Shown here piece after piece: positions 24,858 through 33,212 of a stretch of DNA of 37,084 nucleotides. The translations under genes and the position numbers were made by a program. The notes under the pieces are model-generated. The model made no database searches, was not told the DNA's origin, and worked only from the letters and a program-made list of their open reading frames with translations. The stretch comes from a virus (lineage: Duplodnaviria > Caudoviricetes), in IMG/VR virus record IMGVR_UViG_3300027719_000263, positions 1 through 37,084 of that record; one strand, 5' to 3'. Within the stretch, counting starts at the first letter, position 1. Each line of letters opens with the position of its first letter.

Positions 24858-26234
24858 CTAAAACCTCTCAAAAGAGTCTTGCGGACGTTGCGGCGCGCGC
24901 GGAGCAAGCGTCGAAAACATCTGCCTATTTGTCAGATTGCCCTTCACCCAGTAGCGGATCGCATCAATACAGTGATTGTTTTTGTCTTCGGGCTCATCCG
25001 TAAATGTGCCGTCGGGCTTGCGCCTGAAATGGTAATTCTCCAATTCCTTTTGAATATGCTGGCTTGAGCGCAACACATAGATGCGGAACTGCTTCATCAG
25101 GTTAATCCCCTCCATTACAGAGCCGGCACCCTTTTGAGAGGGAATAGTATTGTAGCCGACAACACGCATTTCATCCAACAAGTCTTTGCGCGCGCTATCA
25201 CCAAATATACGCGCAGTTTTCGAGATATCATTCTCTTCATAGCGCAACTGAAGGGATGGAATTTGCGGGTCTTCGTGATGCTTGCAGTTGATTAGGCCGC
25301 GCTCGTAAATAATTTCGCGCACATACAAGCTGTCATTGTGCAAGGCGCACTCAATAAGCGTAGTTGGGTCTTGGCTATAACCGAAGTCCTGTCCGTAGCC
25401 CCAACGCTGGCACGCGGCCTGTTCCGGGAACCAGTCTGTCAAATCCCAGTTGATGCGGTCAAAAACCTGCCCTTCGCGCACACCGCGCTTGCCCAACCCA
25501 TAGACATCCCACTTAAAGCGGTTTGCCGTGCCCTTGGCAATGTTTGCGGGCGTAGGCTCAAGCGCCTCTATTTCGAGAATCTGCGCGGGTTGCAAGTTAC
25601 TTTTACCCGTGCCCAAGTCGCAATTATCATGGTAGGTGCTGTGCTGATAGAGATACTCGCCCTCCATCGTCATAACCGTATCAAAAACCCAATGGTCAGT
25701 CTCTGAAGGGTTCCAGTCTGCGATTGAAAATAACTCAGTCCTTATGGAAATCTGCGTCTTTGCAGCGTATGATATTTCCATAGTCTCGTTATACCACGAT
25801 ATGTCAGACTTCAAGCCCTGCAATTTCTGCGGATCGCTCGCTCCGTGAAAAGAAAATGTAGAGCCGTTATGAAATGTGTAGGTTTGCGTTGTCTTGTTCC
25901 AGGTGCCCGCGCTCTCAAACAGTGAACACCACTTCCCGCTCTCATCCTCGCCGCCAAAGACCGTCGACATAATTTCCAGAAAGTCTTGGACTATAGTATC
26001 GCGCGTTGTCGTCGCATCGTTGCGATAGGCACGTATAATAAGCTTCTTCTTGCCGAAAATATCGGGCGAAAGGCAAAGGCAAATTAGGAACGCGATTATG
26101 CTCCACGTCTTGCCGCTTCGCGAAGAACCCTCAAGCAGCAACCACCTGATAAGCCCGGGGCTTCTCAATATAGCCGGAAGCGCGTTAAACAAAAACTGAG
26201 AGTTCTTATTTACTTGTGGCTTTACCTCTATCAA
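24858..26234 (-). CDS. terL: Terminase large subunit (PBSX-like)
   Basis: Walker A GSSRSGKT, Walker B-like WYNE, DWNP coupling motif, nuclease motifs GQDFGYSQDPT and NNHCIDAIRY. Confidence 0.95.
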   Translation of the reverse strand: MIEVKPQVNKNSQFLFNALPAILRSPGLIRWLLLEGSSRSGKTWSIIAFLICLCLSPDIFGKKKLIIRAYRNDATTTRDTIVQDFLEIMSTVFGGEDESGKWCSLFESAGTWNKTTQTYTFHNGSTFSFHGASDPQKLQGLKSDISWYNETMEISYAAKTQISIRTELFSIADWNPSETDHWVFDTVMTMEGEYLYQHSTYHDNCDLGTGKSNLQPAQILEIEALEPTPANIAKGTANRFKWDVYGLGKRGVREGQVFDRINWDLTDWFPEQAACQRWGYGQDFGYSQDPTTLIECALHNDSLYVREIIYERGLINCKHHEDPQIPSLQLRYEENDISKTARIFGDSARKDLLDEMRVVGYNTIPSQKGAGSVMEGINLMKQFRIYVLRSSQHIQKELENYHFRRKPDGTFTDEPEDKNNHCIDAIRYWVKGNLTNRQMFSTLAPRAPQRPQDSFERF

Positions 26235-26652
26235 AGAAACCTCCCAAGTTGATTGAAATGCCGACGGTGCCCTTTACATTCACATTCTCGGCAGATTCCC
26301 CCGTCATGCGGTTATCCTCCGCAATAGCCGCAATACGCGCGCGCCAGTCAGGGTTTGAAACAGTCCCGCCATTTGAGGCGCTCACCACAGCGGCCTTGCG
26401 CGCAATCTCGGCTAGCAACTGCCGCTTTTCCTCCCTATTCATTGCCGCAACCTTAGCATTCTCCGCCTGCAAAAACTCGACACGCGCGCGCACGGAAGCG
26501 TTCGCAAGCAGACGTGCTGAATTGGCGCGGGAGACCGAAGGCTTAGTGCCATATACACTACGATAAGCCTTCCAACCTAATTGTCCGTCGGCAATAAGCG
26601 TAGCAAACTTTTCGTGCTTCTGGTTTTTAAGCGGGGATGATGATTGAGTCAT
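26206..26652 (-). CDS. terS: Terminase small subunit
   Basis: LKNQKHEKFA..I..G....AY..VY......ANSARLL....VRARV..L HTH pattern; directly upstream of terL. Confidence 0.88.
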   Translation of the reverse strand: MTQSSSPLKNQKHEKFATLIADGQLGWKAYRSVYGTKPSVSRANSARLLANASVRARVEFLQAENAKVAAMNREEKRQLLAEIARKAAVVSASNGGTVSNPDWRARIAAIAEDNRMTGESAENVNVKGTVGISINLGGFFDRGKATSK

Positions 26653-26938
26653 AATACGGTATAAACCTCGCGTTATAGCGCCTCAGGCCGCGCATATGGT
26701 TTTTTTTGACGTTTTTTACCATTTGCGTCACATAGGCGAAAACGTTTCCGTTGGCTCTTATCCGTCGAAAAACCTTACAAAACTTCAGCAACACGTTTTG
26801 AATAATTTCCATTCTGTCACCGGCGTTGCGGAGAAGATTCATCGCTATACTCTCGACAAGCCTCAAGAGCTCGTTCGAGACTGCGCCCTTCTTTTGGCAT
26901 TCTCGGAGTTTTGCGGCCAGTTCAGCGTTTTCCACCAT
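26627..26938 (-). CDS. Minimal sigma factor, T4 gp55-like (sigma domain 2 only)
   Basis: 103 aa from ATG 26938; VENAEL...SNEL....IAMNL...EIIQ...NVFAYVTQMVKN parallels the recalled gp55 pattern VNNKEL...IAEGL...EMIA...NPHAYITQACFN; sits at the early/late boundary. Confidence 0.7.
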   Translation of the reverse strand: MVENAELAAKLRECQKKGAVSNELLRLVESIAMNLLRNAGDRMEIIQNVLLKFCKVFRRIRANGNVFAYVTQMVKNVKKNHMRGLRRYNARFIPYYDSIIIPA

Positions 26939-26982
26939 ACCCACGTTTATTCTCGCGCGCGCGACCCCTTGGCAATACCGCA

Positions 26983-27012
26983 AAATGGGAAATCGTGGTG
27001 CGAAATGGGAAA
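26983..27012. repeat. Direct repeat AAATGGGAAA x2 (20-bp period) upstream of the sigma gene
   Basis: Copies at 26983-26992 and 27003-27012, in the only intergenic gap at the early/late boundary. Confidence 0.65.
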
Positions 27013-27020
27013 GTCCCGGG

Positions 27021-27227
27021 CTAACTTACCCAAACTTTCCATCCGCCTGTCTTTAATTTTTGCGACTTCGGCTTACATCCCTGTTTGCGCGCAAGTCTGC
27101 AAAATTCACGAAATTCCGAATCACTATCGATAAGTGCCGCCTTGTCCGATTGTCCGACAATAAGCGCAATAGTTTCCCTCATTTTTGCCCGCTTGCTCGG
27201 CTGATATTTCGCCTCAACGATTTTCAT
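27021..27227 (-). CDS. Hypothetical small basic protein
   Basis: 68 aa; ATGA overlap with the upstream gene. Confidence 0.65.
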   Translation of the reverse strand: MKIVEAKYQPSKRAKMRETIALIVGQSDKAALIDSDSEFREFCRLARKQGCKPKSQKLKTGGWKVWVS

Positions 27228-27559
27228 AACCCATCCCCCTTATTGGCCTCTATGGTTAAATCCGCGCACATTCCCTTTGACAGAAAGGCCGCCGTGGAGA
27301 TTTTATATGCAATCCAATCGTTAATTAACGCCTCTTGTTGGATAGGCATGAAAACGTCTCCGCCGAGACACGCCCTACATCCACACACTTCACATTCGTA
27401 GAGAAAAATTTTAGCAAATGCCGCTGTTGATGTTTTTATAGAAAAAACCATCCTCATGGACTCATCTCTTTTTTCACCGCATTTTTTAAAATGTTTTACT
27501 GGGCAAATTAATGCATTAATGCGCCTCACCATTTTTTTTCTTAATTCATAGACGCTCAT
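27224..27559 (-). CDS. Hypothetical Cys-rich (possible Zn-binding) protein
   Basis: 111 aa; CEVCGCRAC; coupled to both neighbours by 4-nt overlaps. Confidence 0.6.
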   Translation of the reverse strand: MSVYELRKKMVRRINALICPVKHFKKCGEKRDESMRMVFSIKTSTAAFAKIFLYECEVCGCRACLGGDVFMPIQQEALINDWIAYKISTAAFLSKGMCADLTIEANKGDGL

Positions 27560-28314
27560 AACATTTCTTTTTCTATTGGTTTTAGGTAAATTGTTTCATT
27601 AAACTCAAGAAGGCGCCTGTAAAACGGCACAAAGTTGTCCATGTCTGAAAAGCGCGCCTTCAGGGTATTTCCTACGCAGTTTGTCGTTATTATCGTAGGC
27701 CTTAGGCCTGCCGCGCGGCGCTCAAAGATGTTGAATACGCTCACTTCGTAGCGCTCTGTGAACTTCTCTTTCCCAAAATCGTCTATCACAAGCAGCTTGA
27801 CGCGTGAAAGCAGGTCTATTAACCCGGCATATTCATAGGGCTTTTTAAAGCTTTGCATGATTGCACACTCAAGCTCGCCCGCGTAAAAGACTTCAAGACT
27901 CTCTTCGGATACGCCGTAAAGGTTGCGCTCTATGAGACGCTTTAGCAGTAGGGTTAAGAGCCTTGTTTTGCCGGCACCAGTCGCTCCGTGTATAATCATT
28001 CCCCGCGGAGAGCGCGGGAATGATTGCCAGCTTAGAACTTTTGAGGACTTGTCTTTTGGTAGCCCTAAGCGGGCAATATCGGTGTCGATATAAAGCGGCC
28101 GCAAATATTTTTCCTTTGCGGCGGCTATGCCGTCGGCGCAGTCTATGCGGTGGTTATAGACGCGCTCGCAAGAATCGTCGCAAAACCCCAAGCCGTTGAC
28201 GTATTGAACCGCATTGCTCGACAATTCCTTGCCGCATTCAGAGCAATGTGTGGCGTCTTCAGAAACCCTTGGCATGGTCTTCAGGATTTGTTCCACGTTG
28301 CTGTCTTTGTCCAT
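27556..28314 (-). CDS. DnaC/IstB-like helicase loader ATPase
   Basis: N-terminal CSECG...CDDSC, Walker A GATGAGKT, Walker B LLVIDDFGKE, TIITTN; start reassigned to MDKDS at 28314. Confidence 0.9.
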   Translation of the reverse strand: MDKDSNVEQILKTMPRVSEDATHCSECGKELSSNAVQYVNGLGFCDDSCERVYNHRIDCADGIAAAKEKYLRPLYIDTDIARLGLPKDKSSKVLSWQSFPRSPRGMIIHGATGAGKTRLLTLLLKRLIERNLYGVSEESLEVFYAGELECAIMQSFKKPYEYAGLIDLLSRVKLLVIDDFGKEKFTERYEVSVFNIFERRAAGLRPTIITTNCVGNTLKARFSDMDNFVPFYRRLLEFNETIYLKPIEKEML

Positions 28315-28984
28315 TTGCCCCCCCTTTCTTCGCCCATGTTGCAGGGTCATCATTATATCGCTCCTGGTTAAACCACGTTGCGGGATGCGGTATAAACTGT
28401 TTCTCGTCATCGTTCCACTGTGCCACGGCGGAGGCATACGCATTTGTTTTTGCAAGCAACTCTTCAAGCGGGGTCTTATCCAAGGCGCCTATAATCGCCC
28501 TTATGGCCGCAGGTTTTGCAACCTTACGCGGATATGCCTCATAAATCTCAAGCGCAGAAGCGCACAATATATTCCTATTCTTATTCCTATTCTTATTCCT
28601 ATTCTCTTCTAGGGCGCAAGTGTCGGGCGGCTGTCCGTCATCTGTCAGACATTCGTCCGTCATCTGTCCGTCAATCATTACAGGATATTTTGATTTTGAT
28701 GTCCTAACCCTTTGACCGAAGTTTTTAATCTCAAGCAATTTCGCGCCTTCAACTTCATAACACGCGAGCAGTCCGGCTGTCTCACAAACAGTGAGCCAAC
28801 GGGAAATGTCGGACGTTCTTACGTCTTTTAGCGGGAATAATTCGGCCTTGAGAATCAACGGCCTTGCGTCATACCTTCCAAAATCGTCTGCCTTGTTCCA
28901 AAGGCGGCGAAAGAACACCTCCGCCTCGACTGATAGCCTGTTAACCCTATCGCATTTTGAAAAATCAGGAATCATTCGTATCAT
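28259..28984 (-). CDS. Phage replication initiator (lambda O analogue / replisome organiser)
   Basis: N-terminal ADDFGR winged-helix-like region, low-complexity linker, C-terminal YEAYPRKVAK...FIPHPATWFNQERY; upstream of the DnaC-like gene. Confidence 0.85.
   Translation of the reverse strand: MIRMIPDFSKCDRVNRLSVEAEVFFRRLWNKADDFGRYDARPLILKAELFPLKDVRTSDISRWLTVCETAGLLACYEVEGAKLLEIKNFGQRVRTSKSKYPVMIDGQMTDECLTDDGQPPDTCALEENRNKNRNKNRNILCASALEIYEAYPRKVAKPAAIRAIIGALDKTPLEELLAKTNAYASAVAQWNDDEKQFIPHPATWFNQERYNDDPATWAKKGGANGQRQQRGTNPEDHAKGF
28571..28676. repeat. Putative replication origin: 11-bp iterons plus AT-rich 12-bp tandem repeat within the initiator gene
   Basis: GTCCGTCATCT / GTCAGACATTC / GTCCGTCATCT / GTCCGTCAATC (28633-28676) and about three copies of ATTCCTATTCTT (28571-28606). 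Confidence 0.7.
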
Positions 28985-28985
28985 A

Positions 28986-29408
28986 CTAAAACTCCTCTCT
29001 TTGCCAGCCGTTTTTTAATTTTTTGACGGCTATGAATTTGAATGGGAATTGCGCGGCCGCGACTTTGATTTTCACGCGCGCATCGTCCTCCCAGAACCCC
29101 TTTACTTCGTGCAATTCAAAATTTCCATTCGGGAAAATTACCGCAAAATCGGGCGTGTAGAAAGTTTTGTCCGCAAGCCTTAGCTTGAGGGACTCAAAGC
29201 GATAGTCGCTTACGTGCCCTGCGGTCTTAAGAGTTTCAAGGTGCGCCGCATAGGCGGCTTCGGTTTTGTTCATCTCGCCAGACTTGTGAAAAGCGCAGCG
29301 AGACGCCCTTGCTTGAACCTGTAAGGAATCCTTTATAGTTGATCCACGTTCCGACATTTTGCGTTTAGCAGAATCTATGTCTGATTGTGTCCAGTTCATA
29401 TTTTCCAT
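28986..29408 (-). CDS. DUF1064-like PD-(D/E)XK endonuclease (resolvase-like)
   Basis: MNKTEAAYA..L...YTPDF...HEVKGFW.DDARVKIK. Confidence 0.85.
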   Translation of the reverse strand: MENMNWTQSDIDSAKRKMSERGSTIKDSLQVQARASRCAFHKSGEMNKTEAAYAAHLETLKTAGHVSDYRFESLKLRLADKTFYTPDFAVIFPNGNFELHEVKGFWEDDARVKIKVAAAQFPFKFIAVKKLKNGWQREEF

Positions 29409-29563
29409 ATCTCCAAATCTTTAAATGTTACTGCAAAGGTTAAAGCGGCGGCAGCTAACCAGTAGAGGCAAAGACGGAGGTCTTTATCCGCCACCAGATA
29501 GACAAGCCCCGCGCACACGTCTAAAACGATTAAAACAGTCGGGAACAGTTGGGATGCGGTCAT
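29396..29563 (-). CDS. Small two-TM membrane protein
   Basis: 55 aa; LFPTVLIVLDVCAGLVY and LYWLAAAALTFAVTF hydrophobic segments. Confidence 0.6.
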   Translation of the reverse strand: MTASQLFPTVLIVLDVCAGLVYLVADKDLRLCLYWLAAAALTFAVTFKDLEIWKI

Positions 29564-29565
29564 AC

Positions 29566-29931
29566 TTAATCTTTCCACTTTATTATTACGCCGGTAAATG
29601 GACGCCCGTATTTTTCGTTGAAAAATGTCAAAAAATTACAAGCGTTTGAAAAACCATCGGCCTTTGCCAAAGCCTCAACCTCGGAGGCAAATAACTGTTT
29701 CCCATCTACAAATACACGATAGTCCTCTCCATCGCCCCAGATTCTGATTTCCGAGACGCCCGTGCATTCGGTTTCCCCCAACAGCATACAGCCGGGCGTT
29801 CTTTGCCCCGTATACAATGTGAGCTTGTCACCCTGCCTAATTTGCCTTTTACCTTTGCGCAACTTGCGTATCGTTTGGCGTTTCGTTCCATCAAGAACTT
29901 TATCAACAAAAACTGTAAAATTTAGTGTCAT
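29566..29931 (-). CDS. ASCH/PUA-like domain protein
   Basis: F....V..G.K.QTIR, GD.L.LY.G.R and A.ADGF motifs. Confidence 0.8.
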   Translation of the reverse strand: MTLNFTVFVDKVLDGTKRQTIRKLRKGKRQIRQGDKLTLYTGQRTPGCMLLGETECTGVSEIRIWGDGEDYRVFVDGKQLFASEVEALAKADGFSNACNFLTFFNEKYGRPFTGVIIKWKD

Positions 29932-31034
29932 ATAGCTTTTCTTTCTTCTTTAAAATCCTCTAAAACGCCCTCAAATACCCATTGCGCAACGTGTTTTGTT
30001 ACGCCGTTGCCCATCGCTTTATATCTCGGCGAATCGGGGCATTTTTCGGCAGGTTTGCCGCGATAGGGGATTTTCGTCCAATCATCGGGCATACCCTGCA
30101 AGCGCTCACATTCTTTCGGCGTAAGGCGGCGAATATCCGAGCATATCGGGTCTTGCGTTGCGTGCAAAACAATAGGGAGATTCCCGCCGCCAGTCCCCGC
30201 CTTTGCTGATAGCGTAGGCGCGCACCCAACTTCCTTAATGCGGCTATCCTGCATGTGGTTTTCATAAACAACAAAATTTTCATCCGCGTTTAGGCGCTGT
30301 CCATGCGCGGGTAGGGTTTTTGCAGTTTTATCGCAGTATATAGCGCCGCTTTCAGCAAAGGCGGCAACGTCTTGCCCCTGCGCGCAGCTCTTCGCAAAAT
30401 TCCCGCGCACGCCGTTGCGCTCAAAGAGTATTTCGGGTCGGCATTTTGTTCCAAGACTTGCGACAAGGTAGATTCTGCGCCGCCTTTGGGGGATTCCGAA
30501 AAACCGCGTATCGAGAATCCGATAACAGACGGAATAGTCAGACTCTGTTCGCCCCTTGAAAACTCCTGCGTTCCCGAATTTGTAGTCAGAATAAGCATTT
30601 CTGCTCCATCCGGTAAATTCACTAATAATTGCGGCAAAGTCCGCTCCGCCGTTGCTAGACAACGCACCCGGAACATTCTCCCAGATGATATATCTAGCGT
30701 TAAGTTCGCGGGCGACGCGCATTTGTTCAAAGAATAGCCCGCTTCGAGCGCCATCAAGTCCGCGCTGTTTTCCTGCGACGCTAAGGTCTTGGCAGGGGCT
30801 TCCACCGGCCACAATGTCGACTGTTTCTCTTCCTGTAAGCTCATAAAATTTTTCTTTGGTTAAGGTTTTGACGTCATCATGAAGCGGGATTTTAGGGAAT
30901 CTGTATTGCAAAACCGCACGCGGGAATTTGTCGATTTCGCAATGGCACACGACGTCAAGCCCCGCGTGTTCCGCGGCAAGGCTCATCGCGCCCGAGCCAG
31001 AAAATAAGTCGCAAACTGTCAAACGCTCGTTCAC
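29928..31034 (-). CDS. DNA (cytosine-5)-methyltransferase
   Basis: Motifs I DLFSGSG, IV GGSPCQD, VI WENV, VIII PQRRRR, IX RRLTPKECERLQG, X MGNGV; GTG start at 31034 overlapping the DUF1643 stop. Confidence 0.95.
   Translation of the reverse strand: MNERLTVCDLFSGSGAMSLAAEHAGLDVVCHCEIDKFPRAVLQYRFPKIPLHDDVKTLTKEKFYELTGRETVDIVAGGSPCQDLSVAGKQRGLDGARSGLFFEQMRVARELNARYIIWENVPGALSSNGGADFAAIISEFTGWSRNAYSDYKFGNAGVFKGRTESDYSVCYRILDTRFFGIPQRRRRIYLVASLGTKCRPEILFERNGVRGNFAKSCAQGQDVAAFAESGAIYCDKTAKTLPAHGQRLNADENFVVYENHMQDSRIKEVGCAPTLSAKAGTGGGNLPIVLHATQDPICSDIRRLTPKECERLQGMPDDWTKIPYRGKPAEKCPDSPRYKAMGNGVTKHVAQWVFEGVLEDFKEERKAI
30290..30844 (-). CDS. Alternative-frame ORF nested in the methyltransferase (M.EcoHK31I beta-like candidate)
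   Basis: 184-aa same-strand ORF with ATG and A-rich leader; contains STLSQVLE..ADPKYSLSATACAGILRRA.RRGK.LP..L.AAL. Confidence 0.6.
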   Translation of the reverse strand: MSLQEEKQSTLWPVEAPAKTLASQENSADLMALEAGYSLNKCASPANLTLDISSGRMFRVRCLATAERTLPQLLVNLPDGAEMLILTTNSGTQEFSRGEQSLTIPSVIGFSIRGFSESPKGGAESTLSQVLEQNADPKYSLSATACAGILRRAARRGKTLPPLLKAALYTAIKLQKPYPRMDSA

Positions 31035-31570
31035 TTCGCGCCCCCTTCCTCGGCTAGCCCGTATGATTGTAGTCGCGCGTCGCGCGGCAAATAAAGGGGG
31101 TGTTTCGGAGAGCCGTTTTTGTTTGTTCCAAAACAATAAATTTTTTCCGTGCGGACAGACAAATAAGTCAACAATTCTTCCGCCCTACCATTAAAATTTG
31201 CGCTACATCCCCATGCGCAAACGAAGTCGCAATTTTCGCGGATTAAAAAATCTAAAACGGCCGCATTAAATGCAAGATTGTCGCCGACAGGATTTTTTTC
31301 TTTTTTCAATTCGCACGGGTATGGTGTAATATAATTATATAAGTTGATTACATAGAGCCTATCATGTCCGTAAACGCTGCTTAATCGTATGCAGCGACGA
31401 ATTGTTGGGTCATCAACGTTTTCGTCGGCGACACTCGGATTGCACATTATAAAAGCCACCGAATTTTTTACATCTCCAGAAAGTGTGCGCCATAGAACAT
31501 AACGATATTTTCTGTCTATGCTCAATGCCGCACCGTTAAGTTGGGAGTTTATTTTATCTAGCAGTTCCAT
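31031..31570 (-). CDS. DUF1643 family protein
   Basis: YRYVLWR, FIMCNPS.AD..VDDPTIRRC, CAWG and PKHPLY motifs; start MELLDK (TAATG overlap). Confidence 0.9.
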   Translation of the reverse strand: MELLDKINSQLNGAALSIDRKYRYVLWRTLSGDVKNSVAFIMCNPSVADENVDDPTIRRCIRLSSVYGHDRLYVINLYNYITPYPCELKKEKNPVGDNLAFNAAVLDFLIRENCDFVCAWGCSANFNGRAEELLTYLSVRTEKIYCFGTNKNGSPKHPLYLPRDARLQSYGLAEEGGAK

Positions 31571-31863
31571 TACCGTTCCCCCTTTCCGCAGGCCGCGCGG
31601 ACGCAACGCTCGTATTCATCAAGGCGCGGTTTTAAAGACCTTAAGGTTTTGATATTTTTTAATATTTCCAGAAACCCCAATATGTCTGCCAATAAACCAA
31701 TCTTGACCGCAAGCTTCGCCTCAAGCTCGGCTATGCGGGCTTCAAGCACATCGCAATATTTATCTACTTCGCATGAGTTGTAAAACGCGTCTTTGCCCCC
31801 CGCATAATCGTCTTCGTAAATTGAAGCAAATTTGGGTCTCTCTATTCCGTTTTTATCGTTCAT
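31570..31863 (-). CDS. Hypothetical coiled-coil protein
   Basis: 97 aa, tightly packed in the operon. Confidence 0.65.
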   Translation of the reverse strand: MNDKNGIERPKFASIYEDDYAGGKDAFYNSCEVDKYCDVLEARIAELEAKLAVKIGLLADILGFLEILKNIKTLRSLKPRLDEYERCVRAACGKGER

Positions 31864-31864
31864 T

Positions 31865-32047
31865 TTATCTTCTCCATTTCGTGTGTATAACCAAAATCCC
31901 CGCCCACATGGCTACTACCGCATAAATAAGCGCGCAGATAAGCACACATCCCCAAAGCGGCGCGGTTACCCACCACCATGACCAAGCAATGACTCCGCAA
32001 AGCTTGAGAGTTAAAAATATCGCGAATAGAATAGTTATTATGCTCAT
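31865..32047 (-). CDS. Small phage membrane protein (LKL.GVI.WSW.WV.AP.W family)
   Basis: 60 aa, two hydrophobic segments with a motif common in phage small membrane proteins. Confidence 0.75.
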   Translation of the reverse strand: MSIITILFAIFLTLKLCGVIAWSWWWVTAPLWGCVLICALIYAVVAMWAGILVIHTKWRR

Positions 32048-32048
32048 A

Positions 32049-33212
32049 TTATTTCTCTCCTTTCGATTTTAGGCTAGGCGCGGTCTGCGTATAAGTGAGT
32101 AGCCCCGCCGTAACCAACAACTCGTCAAGTTCTTCGTCGCTCAATTTGCGCGTCAACTTTTCATTTTTCAAAAGGCGCTTTGCGTAATAAATGTCTTCAA
32201 GCTTACCTTTTTCTACCTTGCATACCGCCGCAAATTCTTCGTCGCTTATGCCCACACCCTCAACCGCCGCAAAAATACTATTGCCATCGCCAAGATTTGC
32301 GCGCCTTGAGCCTGCGGTAAGCGATAGCCCGCAATCCGCATCAGGGTTTGCAACGAGCCAATCCTTGATTTTATCAAGCAGGACATCGCAAAACTTTTTC
32401 ACTAACTTGGCGCGCTCGTAAATATCCTTTGCGTTATGAACACCTATCGCCATTCCCGCCGGCGCAATCGCAACAGCCGCCTGCGCCTCAATCATGTTTT
32501 GCGCCGCTTTGCAACGATACGCAGACGGACAATACGTGCACCAGTAGCCACATTGTTGCGGGGGTTCTTCAAGCTCTGTCGCAAGGCAAGCTGCGTCTAT
32601 GCGTTCTGCGGCATCTTGCATCTCGTCCAACCTATAACGGCACTTGGTTATACGCTTAGAAAATTCAAGCGCGCGCGGCTGAATTATCATGACGTCCACC
32701 AAATCAACGCCAAAATTATCGCGTGCCAACACCGCCAAAGCCGCAAGCTGCATATTGCTGTCTGCGGCCTCCACATCGCCACGGCCAAACTTGTAGTCGA
32801 TTATAAGGGCGTAATTCACGTGAGTCAGCACCACGTCGGCTTTGCCGCTGAATAATCGGCTCTTTGACCATAGGCGCTGCTCCACCAAAACGTTCACATC
32901 ACCCGCCATATTCATGGCGGCGCGCTCGGCATCGACAATTTCCCAAGCAGTTTTTACAACTATGGACTGTTCGCCAGTCAGTCTGCCCTGCATTGAGGAA
33001 AGAATCACTTCGTCCGCCTGTGTTGACATGTCGCAATTCACAAGCATCATCAGCTCGCAAACCCTGTGCAGCATCGTCCCCTCATCGGCGGCCTCCGAAC
33101 CTTCAGGAAGCTCCGACAGATTCATTTTGAAGGATGCGGGGCAGTTTAATGTCCTCGTCATGCGGGACGCGCTCGGAAGCGCGCCCCTTTGGTCTGTTAC
33201 ATTCGTGCTCAT
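32049..33212 (-). CDS. DUF2800 / Cas4-like PD-(D/E)XK exonuclease
   Basis: PSAS....LNCP.S, ADEGT.LH, G.AD, IIDYKFG, N.QL, IIQPR and CGYWCTYCP....C motifs; start MSTNV (ATGA overlap). Confidence 0.88.
   Translation of the reverse strand: MSTNVTDQRGALPSASRMTRTLNCPASFKMNLSELPEGSEAADEGTMLHRVCELMMLVNCDMSTQADEVILSSMQGRLTGEQSIVVKTAWEIVDAERAAMNMAGDVNVLVEQRLWSKSRLFSGKADVVLTHVNYALIIDYKFGRGDVEAADSNMQLAALAVLARDNFGVDLVDVMIIQPRALEFSKRITKCRYRLDEMQDAAERIDAACLATELEEPPQQCGYWCTYCPSAYRCKAAQNMIEAQAAVAIAPAGMAIGVHNAKDIYERAKLVKKFCDVLLDKIKDWLVANPDADCGLSLTAGSRRANLGDGNSIFAAVEGVGISDEEFAAVCKVEKGKLEDIYYAKRLLKNEKLTRKLSDEELDELLVTAGLLTYTQTAPSLKSKGEK

Noticed and set aside
24263-25003. 246-aa plus-strand ORF and other long plus-strand ORFs (e.g. 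5022-5660, 11166-11834, 12315-12938)
   Set aside because: Antisense shadows of well-supported minus-strand genes, with no recognisable motifs.
32049-33212. Cas4-like nuclease as evidence of a CRISPR system
   Set aside because: No repeat-spacer array or other cas genes; context is a phage RecT recombination module.
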